A stretch of DNA of 64,000 nucleotides from Hamiltosporidium tvaerminnensis FI-OER-3-3. Lineage: Eukaryota; Fungi; Microsporidia. This document shows, in pieces, positions 49,757-61,968 of this stretch. The position numbers and the translations under genes are program-made. The stretch lies in assembly GCA_022605425.2 (NCBI GenBank), contig CM061247.1:248001-312000 (forward strand), given 5' to 3'. Position 1 is the stretch's first letter. Each line of letters starts with the position of its first letter. The notes below the pieces were generated by a model. It ran no database searches, was not told the DNA's origin, and was given only the letters and a program-made list of their open reading frames with translations.

Positions 49757-50952
49757 GGGTGAACTTTCGATGAAGGCTAGACGAAAAATGAAAATTTTTT
49801 AGGGGTTAAAAATTTCTTTATTCTTACCCCTTTTTTGTCAATTTACAAAAAAAAATTAAAATTCAAAACATTTAAGTCCTTAATAAATATCTAAATTTCG
49901 CCTTAAAATTTCTCCATAAAAGTAATTTAATTTTCTATTTATATGATACTTGTTAACGGTGGAGAACTATTTATCAAAATCTCCAGAATGCAGATCAGAA
50001 AGTACAATCACAAAGCGGAGAATTTTTTTATTTGAACAACACGATTTGGTTTAATCATGTTTTATTTGAAATATAACTCTAAATGGATTAATTCTTTCTT
50101 TAAGAAGTATTCGCTTCTGCGTACGGTTTGTGATAAGAAATATACCTAATATTGCTTCGGTGCAATTAAAAATTTCAAAATTGGCTTCATGATGTAATTT
50201 ATATCATATGGGGATTTACATTTATACTGCCATATGATACCTTCAGAGAAAAGCATTGTTTTTAGGATGCAACTATAGCAGACTCTATTAAAGACTTGAG
50301 ATTACTAATAGAAAGTGATCGCTTGTATTCCTTTGAGAAAATTGGTGGGCCCAACGAAATAGTGCAGATGGACGAAACTGTTATAGGCAAGAGGAAGTAT
50401 AACAGAGATCGTCTTATTAGCCAAAAATAGATGTTCGGAGCTATTTTGAGAACAACAAAGAGGTTATATATGCAAATTGTTCTTAATAGAACGCTGAGTG
50501 CTTTATAAAATGCTGTATATAATTCTATCTCTTCAGGAAGTACAGTATATTCCGAGGAACATTATTCATACCTATCAATATTCAGAGATAATCAAATTTT
50601 TCTTGTAATAGTGTAAACCATTCAACAAATTTTGTATCAGAATCGGGTATTCATACAAACACAATCGAAAATTTATGATCGAGATTCAAAAGGTTTAAAA
50701 CAAAACATAATTAATACAAATTCTTAAGTTGAATGATTACATTTAAGAATATATTTTAGAAAAATCATCATGGTACGACCCGTAGTACACTTTTTTTAAA
50801 AATTATTGGGACATTTTATTAAACAAAGTGGTTATTATTTTACATTATTCTATTTAATAAAAAGTAAATTGGCAAAAAAAGGGTATAAATAACGAAATTT
50901 TGACCCCTGAAGAATTTTCATTTTTCCTCTAGCCTTCATCGAAAATCCAACC
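49757..50952 (+). mobile_element. Merlin (IS1016/IS1595-like) DNA transposon, inactive
   Basis: ~90-bp imperfect TIRs (49757-49846 and 50864-50952). Transposase remnants IGGPNEIVQMDETVIGKRKYNR and VNHSTNFV..GIHTNTIENL, with stops and frameshifts. Confidence 0.9.
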
Positions 50953-51449
50953 TACTTTTAAATAATTTTAAAAACGTTTACCTATGTCTTATTTGCCATC
51001 TAATATAAATAACCGAATCTATTTTTTTAGAAGAATACTTTAGATTATTAATATAAAACAACTAGTTGATTGTCCAAAGCAGCATTCGATTCATTAAGTA
51101 TCAGAATAAGATTCGTATACGGTTTCATGAAAAACCAAAGATATAAATTATGATTAGATCTATTTTTTTCTTTTAAACGGTAATACAATGTAGTTAAAGG
51201 TTTTTCTCAAGTATTAATTTTTTTCGATGAAAAAATTGCCTTAAAACTATCATTTATCAAATTACAACATTCACTCTATAGTCTATACATTTGGAAGGAA
51301 AAGTTTGGTTCGTTTTTCTATAACGGATTCGAGTCCTTAATATTCTTTTTTTACAATTAAAACAATCCTTTATCTATGTTTTTAGATTTTAAAATTTTTG
51401 ATTAAATTAATTTATTAAAATTTTTAATCTAAAAGATATCCCTGGGTAA

Positions 51450-53709
51450 ATGAAATACATATATTTTGCGGCGATAATTTTTAGCAAATTGAGTGCGAAT
51501 CAAATTGTATCGTTCTATTTTAGCGGAAAAGGTTTTGATTTAAAAGAGAGAATCGATAATACACAAAGATATAGAGCTCTCAAACGAAGAAAGGCAACAG
51601 TTAAACGATCTAAGACCATATCGTAATATCGTGAAGAAAATACAGAATAAAGACAGCAAATGTTTACTAACAACGAGTACACATGATAATAGTATAAAAA
51701 TAATCTATCCGGGAAATATCAAATTCAAAATAGGAATAATAGAGAATATGAAATCCAAGACAAATCCGAAGTTCTATGTTGGCCATTTAATATCAAAAGA
51801 AGTATTCGAATATATGATCGAAATATTATGTGATATAAACCGCATAAATTTCAAGTTACCTGCCTTTTTATATATACAGTTAATCAATGGTATTATTGGT
51901 TTAAAGCCAGAAACAAATTTTTACTTTCGTAGCTTACTATCACGTTTGAACTATTGGGCTTTTACTGGAAACCATTTAAATGAGATCATCGAGAATAAGA
52001 ATAAGTTGAATTTCGATAATTCTTTTACAAAACAATTTTTTTATATGACTGCCTTCATTTCGTATTTGAATTATCTCAACATTTCTGTAACTTTTTTAAA
52101 TTCAAAAATGATACTTTCAAGTTCAAGTATTACCAATCTTAATACTTATCCGTCAAAAGAAAAATTAGATAATAAACTCAATTTAATATTTGAAGATAAA
52201 ACTTTGATGATTTTTTTTACAAATATTAATGAGCATAATAGACTATTATATGAATGGATGTTCCTTGAAATGGATAATATTGCAACAATAACATTTTTAG
52301 ATCTTAAGTCCTTGAATTATATTAATATTGAAGAATGTATAAATTGCTTATTATACAAAGAAAATATGTCATTAGAAATCATGGAATGTATTAATATAAA
52401 AAATTGTATAAGAAATATAAATAAATTCAGACTGAAAAAATTAAAAAAGATGAAACTAGAAGATATTCATTTGACTTTAGAAGATCTTTCAAGTTTTTTA
52501 GAATTCAAAAATATTGACAACATTGAATTTGATAATTGTAGTTTTGATGAGGGTGAAATATCGGGTGAATTTACATTTGTGTTTTCGTACATTCAAATCA
52601 ATAATATGAAAATCAGCAATCTTGTGGTTAGCTTTCTTAAAAAAGCATTTTTTGGCTTTTTATATCTAAAGAATGTGGAATTTATTAATTCCTTTGGTTT
52701 ACTTAATATTTTTTCTGATACAGAGGGGGGCAAACATGCCAATATAATAGAATTAACCGATTTAAATCTAAATGATGATTTTTTTGATTTAATATTCTAT
52801 TTTAAAAACTTGAATATCATCGAAATGAAATCAGTGGAAAATGTATCTTTTAAAATTAAAAACAAAGAAAGGTTGGAATTAATTAGACTAAAAAAAATTT
52901 CGCTTAAAGATTGTGGTTTAACAGATGAAACAAGCAATATATGGTTTATTTCTAGTTTAAATTGTCTAGTACTGTATCGAATAAAGAATGTTGCAAATAT
53001 TTTTAACAATTTAAAAGGCAAAAAAATTACAGAATTATTAGAAATACTAAAGATAAAGGATACCCCCTTGAGCCATTCGGATATGGAAAATATATCAAAA
53101 TTTTCGCAATTAACCAACCTAAAATTACACAGTTGTAATTTAGATTCATCTCACTTAATTTACATTAAAGAAGTTACATCTCAAGCTGAATGTCGCACGA
53201 TAATTTTGACGAATAATAAAATATATAAAGTGCCAGGTGGATGCAGGGGTGTTTTTAAATACCCTTTGTATGTTATTTTAGATCGTTGCAATTTTTGCGC
53301 AGGTTCTATAAGTTTATTATTTGAGGAAGCTAGGGAATGCAACATCGAAATGTTAGATTATAGTTATAATTCTTTAAATAGAAATGATCTCATATTTATA
53401 GACAGTTTTAAAAACTTGATGGTTCTTAAAATAAACGGAATAAAATTACAAGAAGATACTGAGCTTGATAATTTAACTTATAAAGGTCTTACAAAAAATT
53501 TGAAATATTTGGAAATAAAACAGCTAAATATACGTACGAGGGATGTAAAAGCTTTGGCGAAATTTACAGGGTTGACGGAAATTAGGTTATCAGAAGAGGC
53601 TTATATATTTTTAAATGAGACTAATATCAAAATTCCCTGCAAAACGTTTAAGATAGAGAAAATAATTAATTTTGATTTGATTGATAGCAAAGAAACCGAT
53701 TTAAAATAA
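51450..53709 (+). pseudogene. LRR-like protein paralog 3, with a +1 frameshift near 51547 (or an assembly error)
   Basis: ATG 51450 (after CCC) encodes the same signal peptide as paralog 2, but aaaagagagaatc replaces aaaaggagaatc. The downstream 692 codons are intact. Confidence 0.75.
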
Positions 53710-54402
53710 ACTTAAAATTTCTTTTTTTTATGAATGTCGACTAAATTTCTATTTTTCTCATTTGCATTTCCTTCTTCAATAAACATATAATTATTTTCCA
53801 ATGAAAATTCATAGTTTATAGTACCTTATTTTGTTCATAAAAAGCATTTGTTATTCTTAATATTAAAAATTAGATGCAAGATTTCATGAACAATTGAAAT
53901 ATGGTTGTTTTGTTTGGTCTTCAAATTGTTGCCAAGTATTAATATTTTGACAATTTTGCGTCAATTTTTTTTTTAGAAATCAATTTTTTCTAATTTATAT
54001 TTAACTGATCCCAATAGAATTTATACGTACAAATTCATACAAGTATATATTCCATAAAACTTTTAACCATTCGTTAAAATTTTCTTTTTAACTTGTTTCT
54101 TTCACGAAGAATAAAATAAAACCCACATATGAATTAGAGCTTTTCCATAAAATTGCGTTTCATGGTGATTTTTATTTTGAATAATAAGTTTTTAGCTTAA
54201 AGTAACTCATTACTGTTTAAAAGATAAAGATTTTCCTAATCGGATATCGAGGCGGCGTTTGAAATTCAATTTTTATACTCAAATCAATAATAAACCATTA
54301 CAAGCATATCTATTCGTTTAAAAAATACAAAAAATACTTATGGTATCTACTTTGAGGCTAAAAATTATGAATAACTTCTTCAGGTTGAAGTCATTATTTA
54401 GT

Positions 54403-55130
54403 CTTTATTTAAAAGTATCACATCTTTTTAAAATAGTAGCAAGTGTTATATTTATTTTTATGACATTAACGCAGTTCTAGGTTTAACATAAATAACTGCT
54501 ACCCCAAAACTCCATTTGTACCTTTTGCGATACCTACGTTCCAAAGTCTTTCATTTACCAGGTGTGTAGAACCTAATTAATAGGCGAGGCAGTTGCCCGG
54601 AGTTCGTTTATGTCCGTTGCATGGATTGTGATCGAAGGCCGAAGCTCCCCCTGGGCTCCTCCAAGACTATGCAGCATTTCCACTTACTCTACACTTGCCG
54701 AACCCAATAAACTTCTAGCTAAGATATTTTTCAGAGACTTACATGGGGTCCTCCTAAATAGTGCAATGTCATACCAACAGGTATAATCTCCTACTTAGCT
54801 CTCCCTGCTTTTAATGGTTTTTATTTTTATATCACCCAGGCGCTAAGTCTTCTAACCCGAGTGAGTAAGGCTAGGGTTTCATGCTTTTACATGGCAATTA
54901 CCTACATGTTCAGCTGCGGTCTGCAATCTGGTTACGTAAAAAACTTCAAATAAATTCGTAGAAAAAGTTTCTCCGTTTCTTAGACCTCTTCTCTTCATAA
55001 CAACTCCCATGGAACAACCGAAGATGTAGTGTGGTTGTATTCCCACCAAAAATCCAAACAATGATCTCACATCAGTTTCTCACACTCATTGCCAAGCAGA
55101 AAGTTTTTTATGTGGTTATCCTCCCTCCAC
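54403..55130 (-). mobile_element. ~730-bp dispersed element, copy F
   Basis: Full-length. Probable 11-bp TSD gtcattattta (54390-54400) / gtccttattta (55133-55143). Confidence 0.9.
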
Positions 55131-56824
55131 TCGTCCTTATTTAAAAAACTATATTTTAGTAATTTAATTTATAAAATTATGGGTTAAAACTTCTTTATGG
55201 CTTTTATAAATTTCCTTCTACCTCTTTAAACACTATCGTTTCTTCCTCTAAACTCGACTATTTATTTATGATTATCGCGGTTCCTCAGACATGGTTCCTC
55301 CTTTTGGAATAAGGCGTGTAATATTTTTTGTTTTTAAACATTTAAAAATATCTTCATCTCTACTCGCTCGTTTTAAAGAATGTTTTAGTTTCTTATGAAT
55401 CTCGGCTCTATTAATAACCCCCATTAAAGCTCTATATTAACTTTCTTCGGCATTTAGTTCCGACTCAAGTCCTCTTTGTCTTTCAAAAGATTTTTTTTCG
55501 ACTATCTTCTTAATTAATATCGACTGAATATATGCCTAATTATAGAGATTTGGAGTCTTTTAGGTGTGACTTCTATTATTTGTTACAATATTGACACATT
55601 CCATCACATAGGGAATTATCCAAACAATACATTTATAAATAGGACCTATCTATTGGATAGCAGTCATAATTACTAAGTTTCATAGTTTCAACTATTGAAA
55701 AGGAGTTTTGTGAGAGGATCTCTGCTTCTATGCGTTTTATCGTATTCCGCCTCTCGCCTTAAAAAATACATCGGATCAACATTCCGAGTTTTGAATTTAA
55801 TGAGAAATGTCTGAATTTATGAATAAGAAATCATTTCACAAAATATCAGAAACATACTCAAATATTTCAATCATTTATCTATTTCGAGTTAATTGGTTTC
55901 AAACATTATAAGAAATGTTTAAAAAAAGATATTTTTTCAATATATTTTTTCATTTTATTTTATTTGGATATAAATGTAAAAAAACGATTTTCATTTTAAA
56001 TATTATAGCTTTTTTTCAATAGAAACATTTTTGGTAGCGAAATTTTTAATATTGGCTTAATAAAGTATTTAAAATTAGTTTTAGAAAGGCGGATGTCTAC
56101 TTAGTAAAATATATGGAATAAAAACACCGAAAATGTGTTGTTTCTGATTTAATTCGCTTATACGAACCTCTTTTTTTTCCTATAAAGGCATTTTCTGATT
56201 GGCTTTTTCAAAAATTTAAAATATAGAATTTCGTGTTTATATTAAATATATATACATTGAATATAGAAGAATATGATTTGGTATTATAATTAAATAATTG
56301 TCCTTTACACATAAGATTAATTATTTAGATAAACCAAGTATATTAACTAAAATCGCACAGCACTACTTGAGATTTTGATTTTATATTTCGTTTTATAGGC
56401 ATTTTATTCTTTTGATTGCAATTTTTATTTTAGTAAATTTTTATACAAATTAAAACTTCTAACGGAAAATCTAACTTGGAATATTTTTACTTAAATAATT
56501 ATTACAGTTCTCTTCTACTTTTCGAATTTAATGAGGAGCAAATAGAACGCCAACGTATTATTTTGCCGATCAATGTTATGGCTTTTACTTAGTCTATTTC
56601 TTTTTTTTGGAAAGCCGGTTTAGGAATCAAACCGTTTTACAATTAAAAAGTTCTTAATTTTTTCTGTCAAAGTTCTTGATTTTATGTTACCTACGTCATA
56701 GTATGATTTGAATGTCAGGCATTGATTTCCAAAACAGTCCTTTATCATTCTATTTGTTTCTTTTGATCTGTTATAATTCAAGATTATAAGGTATTGGTCT
56801 ATAAATCCGGTATGTTAATATCTG

Positions 56825-56908
56825 CCTAAAAATCAAAACAATGATTTCTAGACCAATTTCATAGATTTATTACTTAGCAGATGGGTTTTTATTGGTTATC
56901 CTCTTTCT
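56825..56908 (-). mobile_element. Relic 5' end of the ~730-bp element
   Basis: aaaaatcaaaacaatgatttc...agcaga...ggttatcctc matches the first ~85 nt of the family. Confidence 0.6.
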
Positions 56909-57339
56909 GATATGTCGATTAAACCACTAATAATTCAAAAAATCGCTTTTAGAGATACATCGGTAATTAATTTTTATTTAAAATCTCATACACTACTAAA
57001 GTTTAAATTATAAGTTTTATATCTTTCTATTGTTTATAGTTTTTTCATATAAAACAATTGACTCACAGAACAACAAATTAGCTGATAATTCTCTTTCTGA
57101 TAATACTTTTAAAATATAAAAATCTCATTTGATTAGAAATTAACTTTTTAAAATGAAGAAGCTCTGAATATCTTGATTTCGAGACTTTGCTCTCCAGATA
57201 AAACAGGGAAATTTTATAATTCCATGTAAATTAAGACCAAATGGAACCGAAAAAATAATAAAAAAATTAAATTAAAATTTAAAAAATGAACTTTGTTATT
57301 CTTCTGTAATGATTTTAAAAAATTTAAAAATATAAATTA

Positions 57340-57855
57340 CTAATCTTGCTGTTTAATTTTGTATATTTTGATTCCTTTACCTTTTAATCCAACCAATTGT
57401 ATCTTAGTTCTTGTTCCATCTTTAGCTTTGATAGAAATTTCAGTATTTCCTATTTGTACAATACTAGCACTAAAAACATTTCCATGTAAATTTATTTTTA
57501 TTTTTTCACCTTTAATAAATTCATTTTCCCCGATGGTTAAAACACCTTCAAAAATTTTAATTAAGTCTTTATTTCCATGTATTTCTTCAATATCCTGGCA
57601 TATCTCTTCTTCAGTTGGCATACGCAGGAATCCTTTATACTCTGTTTTTTTTCTCTTTTTTATTATTTCTTCAGCTGTTTTATTTACATCTTCATCTTCT
57701 ACTTCTATCTCGTTTTCTTGTTCTTCAATTATTTTGTTCATCTTCTTGCATGCAGCTACATAATAAAACTTCTCTTTTTTCTTCTTTTCAAATAAAAGAT
57801 GCGCTGAATGCATCGTTTTTTTATTTGATTTTGTACAAATATTTTCCATACGCAT
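57340..57855 (-). CDS. Sds3/BRMS1-like Sin3-HDAC complex subunit (tentative)
   Basis: Coiled-coil region and EEEICQDIEEI, followed by a beta-rich C-terminus (SASIVQIGNTEISIKAKDGTRTKIQL) resembling the Sds3 C-terminal domain. CCC upstream. Confidence 0.55.
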   Translation of the reverse strand: MRMENICTKSNKKTMHSAHLLFEKKKKEKFYYVAACKKMNKIIEEQENEIEVEDEDVNKTAEEIIKKRKKTEYKGFLRMPTEEEICQDIEEIHGNKDLIKIFEGVLTIGENEFIKGEKIKINLHGNVFSASIVQIGNTEISIKAKDGTRTKIQLVGLKGKGIKIYKIKQQD

Positions 57856-58145
57856 GTTTTAGGGTTGAACTGCTATTTTTTAAATCAAATATGAAACATA
57901 TATCTCGAAGACATTGTTGTTATTGAATAGACTAAATATTATCGTGATTAAAATATAATACACATCAAATGAATTATTTTCTATTTCTACTTTCATCAAA
58001 AAACATCAAAATTATTTTATTTTTTAGACAGATTTGAGTTTTTTTTAAAATTAATAAAAACAAAAAAAAACTGATGTGAAAAGGACTAATAAGATAAACT
58101 GATATAAAAAGAACCAAATGAAACCAATATAAACAGATTTAAATA

Positions 58146-58266
58146 TAAAGTAAACCCCAATTTAATAAAAAGAGACTTAGATATCAATAATTACTTTATT
58201 ATAAAGTAAAACCCAATTTAATAATAAAAAGAGACTTAGATATCAATAATTATTTTATTATAAAGT
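58146..58266. repeat. ~55-bp tandem duplication upstream of the 57855 gene
   Basis: taaagtaaa(c/a)cccaatttaata...aaaagagacttagatatcaataatta(c/t)tttattataaagt occurs twice. Confidence 0.85.
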
Positions 58267-58423
58267 TCTCCAAATTGATTAAAAAAATTTTAACTTCTGT
58301 GTAAAATATTCAATCAAATCAAATCACGGATTTTAAGTATCAAAAATTTCAATTTAGATACTTACGAACCAATTATTTGTATTTGAAATATATTAATAAA
58401 TACTTTTTATAATTCTATGAAAT

Positions 58424-59155
58424 GTGGAGGGAGGATAACCACATAAAAAACTTTCTGCTTGGCAATGAGTGTGTGAAACTGGTGTGAGGTCATTGTTTGG
58501 ATTTTTGGTGGGAATACAACCACACTACATCTTCAGTTGTTCCATGGGAGTTGTTATGAAGAGCAGAGGTCTAAGAAATGGAGAAACTTTTTCTACACAT
58601 TTATTTGTAGTTTTTTATGTAACCAGATTGCAGACCGCAGCTGAACATGTAGGTAATTGCCATGTAAAAGCATGGAAACCTAACCTTGCTCACTCGGGTT
58701 AGAAGACTTAGCGCCTGGGAGATACAAAACAAAAAACCATTTAAAGCCAGAAAAGCTAAGTAGCAGGTTATACCTGTTGGTATGACATTGCACTGTCTAG
58801 GTGGACCCCATGTAAATCTATGAAATATATCTTAGCTAGAAGTTTATTGGGTTCAGAAAGTGTAGAGTAAGTGGGAATGCTGCATAGTCTTGGGGGAGCC
58901 CAGGGGGGGGGCTTCGGCCTTCGATCACACACCATGCAACGGACATTAACGAACTCCGGGCAACTGCCTCGCCTATTAATTAGGTTCTACACACCTAGTA
59001 GATGAAAGGCTTTGGGACGTAGGTATCGCAGGGGTTACCGATGGAGTGTTGGGGTAGCAGTTATTTATGTTAAACCTAGAACTGCGTTAATGTCATAAAA
59101 AAAAATATAACACTTGCCACTATTTTAAAAAAGATGTGATACTTTATAATAAAGT
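58424..59155 (+). mobile_element. ~730-bp dispersed element, copy G, with 13-bp TSD
   Basis: ataattctatgaa occurs at 58409-58421 and 59172-59184. Confidence 0.92.
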
Positions 59156-59557
59156 ACTAAATTAGAATAAAATAATTCTATGAATAAAATATAATACAGA
59201 GTAAGAAATAATAACTTAAAAATCAGTGTATTCTTTAATATTTAATTTTTAAATACAACTAAGAACAGAAACGCACAGGTAAATACATTTCAAATTAGAA
59301 AGTTAAAACCTTAAAATCCAATATTAATATTTGATATCTTGATCTAAATTTTTATAATATTTAATTTGTATTAAGTGATTAGATCAGATTAATTAATTAT
59401 GAATTTATAATTAGAACATGGTATTTTTTTATAGCTGGAACGTATCATATTTATTAATCAGTAGTTAATTCAAAAAATATATAGTTGTACAAACTACAAT
59501 ACTAAGTATTTATATATTAATTTGTTATTCACATGTAAATAAAAATATATTTTGAAT

Positions 59558-59682
59558 TTCAAAATGATATTTATAATTCGTTTGAATTGAAATAAAACAT
59601 TTTATTAAAAAATATATTACGAATTGCAAAATGATATTTTAATTCGTTTGAAGTAAAATAAAATATTTTATTAAAAAATATA
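59558..59682. repeat. ~65-bp tandem duplication
   Basis: caaaatgatattt..aattcgtttgaa...aaataaaa.attttattaaaaaatata occurs twice. Confidence 0.8.
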
Positions 59683-60213
59683 GTTGAATGGTTGAAATTG
59701 TAAAAAAGAATGATTTAAAAAAAGAAAAATTTGGTAGACCAGAAGTTTATTAAATAAAAAACATTTTTTGAACTAAACTTAGATAAAAAAAGAAATAAAA
59801 TTGATAAAAATTTAATTTAATCTTACTGCGTTATTTCCCTAACTAATTAAATTTTAGTAAAATGGTATTTTTTTAAACTTATATGTTTTTTTAAAATTAA
59901 AAATTTTCCAAAAAACTGAATATGTGATATTTTTTGAAATAGGATATAAGATTTCATTATTAATCCATTTTTGGTAATTTATAAATCATATTTAAGATTT
60001 TTCAAATGAATATAAAATTATATTGGAATTTTAATAAAATAATAAGTAAAGTTAGAAATATTGTATCGTATTTTAACTTCTGAAAATTAGTGAAAAAAAT
60101 GAGTTTTAATAAAAACGGACATTTAATTAGATTTGTGTTTTGTCTAAAATATTAAGAAGCGAAATCATAAAATGCTAAAATTAAAATTAGTTATTGGAAT
60201 TTAATAAAAAATA

Positions 60214-61968
60214 CTCCCTCTGTCCGGAAATATGGTATACATTTTAGCGATTTTTTTTTCCGGAAATATGGTATACATTTGCGAAAAGATAAACTAAATC
60301 AAAAAATTTACATGACAAGTTTATTATATTACCTTTATTTCGAACATTTTAATAAATATTAATGTAAATATTAAATAAAATTTTAAAAAATATATATTAA
60401 AATTAATAAGTTTACTCGAAATTTGATTTGGCTTTAACGTATGCTTCTTTGGAACATACATATTTTCCTAGCAGTCGACCTTCGCGACGAAGTTTTCCTT
60501 TACTTAAATGAGGTATTTTACAACCATTTTTTCCATCTGCTAACATAATTGACATCATACATGCTTGCAATGTTGTAAAAACGTTATCGAGAGTATTCGC
60601 TTCTAATTGATGAAATGCATCTTGAAACAATTTATTAATTCGTCAATTGTGTGTGGCGAAGCTTCGTGGTGCAGCGATTGTATGGAGTTGAAAAAAACCT
60701 AAATCAAGAACATTTAAATCGGGGCTATTTGCCGGTTTCGCCTTAAATTTAATATTTTAGTCATCAGCAGAACCAAGAGCGACAATATCTGCATCATTAT
60801 CGGAAAAATGGGGTTTTGCATTGTCTTGTTGTACGTAAATTGTTTTCTTTCTGTATGCTGGCGGAGATTTAGATTTAATTGCGGGAATACATTATCAATC
60901 ATCATGTTTTTGCAATTTAATGCTGTAACAGATTCCATATTTTTTGTTATAATTGTCCCTTTAGCCCTATTCTTAGAATTTATTTGAGCTGGTTCTTTAT
61001 AAACAAATGGCCATATTCCAATTTTCCCATCAAAATAAAGCTTTCGATGTGCATCATAGCGTGGTCGAGCTACTGCAGCCATGAACATTATTTTCGTAAT
61101 AAATCGCTTACTTTTGCAGTTTCTCTCCGGTTTTTCTTCGTTTAACATTAATTAATAAGAGCGCTTAACTTTAGTAAGATAAAACCACTTTTCATCAACG
61201 TGAACGTAGTCGTACAAATCATCAAAAAGCAAATCTCCATTATTAGCAAGATTTACTTTAGACAAGCAAAATTTCAAGCTGTCCATTTTATTTTTATCTC
61301 TTAAAGTTGGTTTAACTGTAGAAGATATTCTCTTGATATACTTTCCCGACTTGAATATATCAAAAAAAGTTGATTTTGGAATATCAATTGCAAAGGAAAG
61401 ACTGCGGAGCGTTCCTCGACGATTTAATGGTGTATTCCTTATTTGCGCTAAATTGTTCGAATATTCTTTAGATTTTCTTCCGCATCTTTTTTTCTTTTTT
61501 GAAGAAACATCGGCACATATCTTGCCTTTTTTGTATTGAGTTTGTGCTGCATGCCAAATTCTGCTAACAGTTAGCCGGGAAACTTGAAAGGCAGAAGAAA
61601 CTTCGTTGATGACACCGTGTTTTAACTTATTCTCCTTCATCTGCTGTAATAATTTTTCTAAAATACCTTGACGTTGTTCTTTAGTTAACTGTTTATATTT
61701 TGAATCTCTTCTTTCTAAATTTCACAAATTTCCTTCCAAATTTTCCATATTCGTCTTGCAGCGGTACTAATTTTTTTTACCATAAGAAACACTGTGTTTG
61801 AGCGGTAACTTTTTAACTAAGAATGATATTATTAAAGTCAAAAATTTCAGGTTATATTGTCATGAATATTTACTATGACAATTTCATGACGGTTGCCTAT
61901 TTATTTTTTATATTCACGATAATCTACGGTTTTTTTGAAATGTATACCATATTTTCGGACAGAGGGAG
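60214..61968 (-). mobile_element. Tc1/mariner DNA transposon, DD39D type, inactive
   Basis: 31-bp TIRs ctccctctgtccg(g/a)aaatatggtatacattt with TA TSDs (60212-60213, 61969-61970). The transposase (~61748 to 60412) has HVDEKWF, QQDNAKPH and SPDLNVLD, with 39 residues between the 2nd and 3rd Asp. Stops and frameshifts are present. Confidence 0.93.

Noticed and set aside
58469-58702. Recurrent 60-95 aa ORFs (MCETGVRSLFGF...) at 22488, 40726, 45425, 49430, 54879 and 58469
   Set aside because: All lie inside the 730-bp element. Starts are non-ATG, there is no CCC motif, and frameshifts or stops differ between copies, so the similarity reflects the repeat rather than a gene family.
58700-58895. 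Group I intron-like motifs (agactt / catagtct) and hammerhead cores in the 730-bp element
   Set aside because: P7 pairing and motif order do not fit, no CUGANGA/GAAA core was found, and no group II domain V is present.
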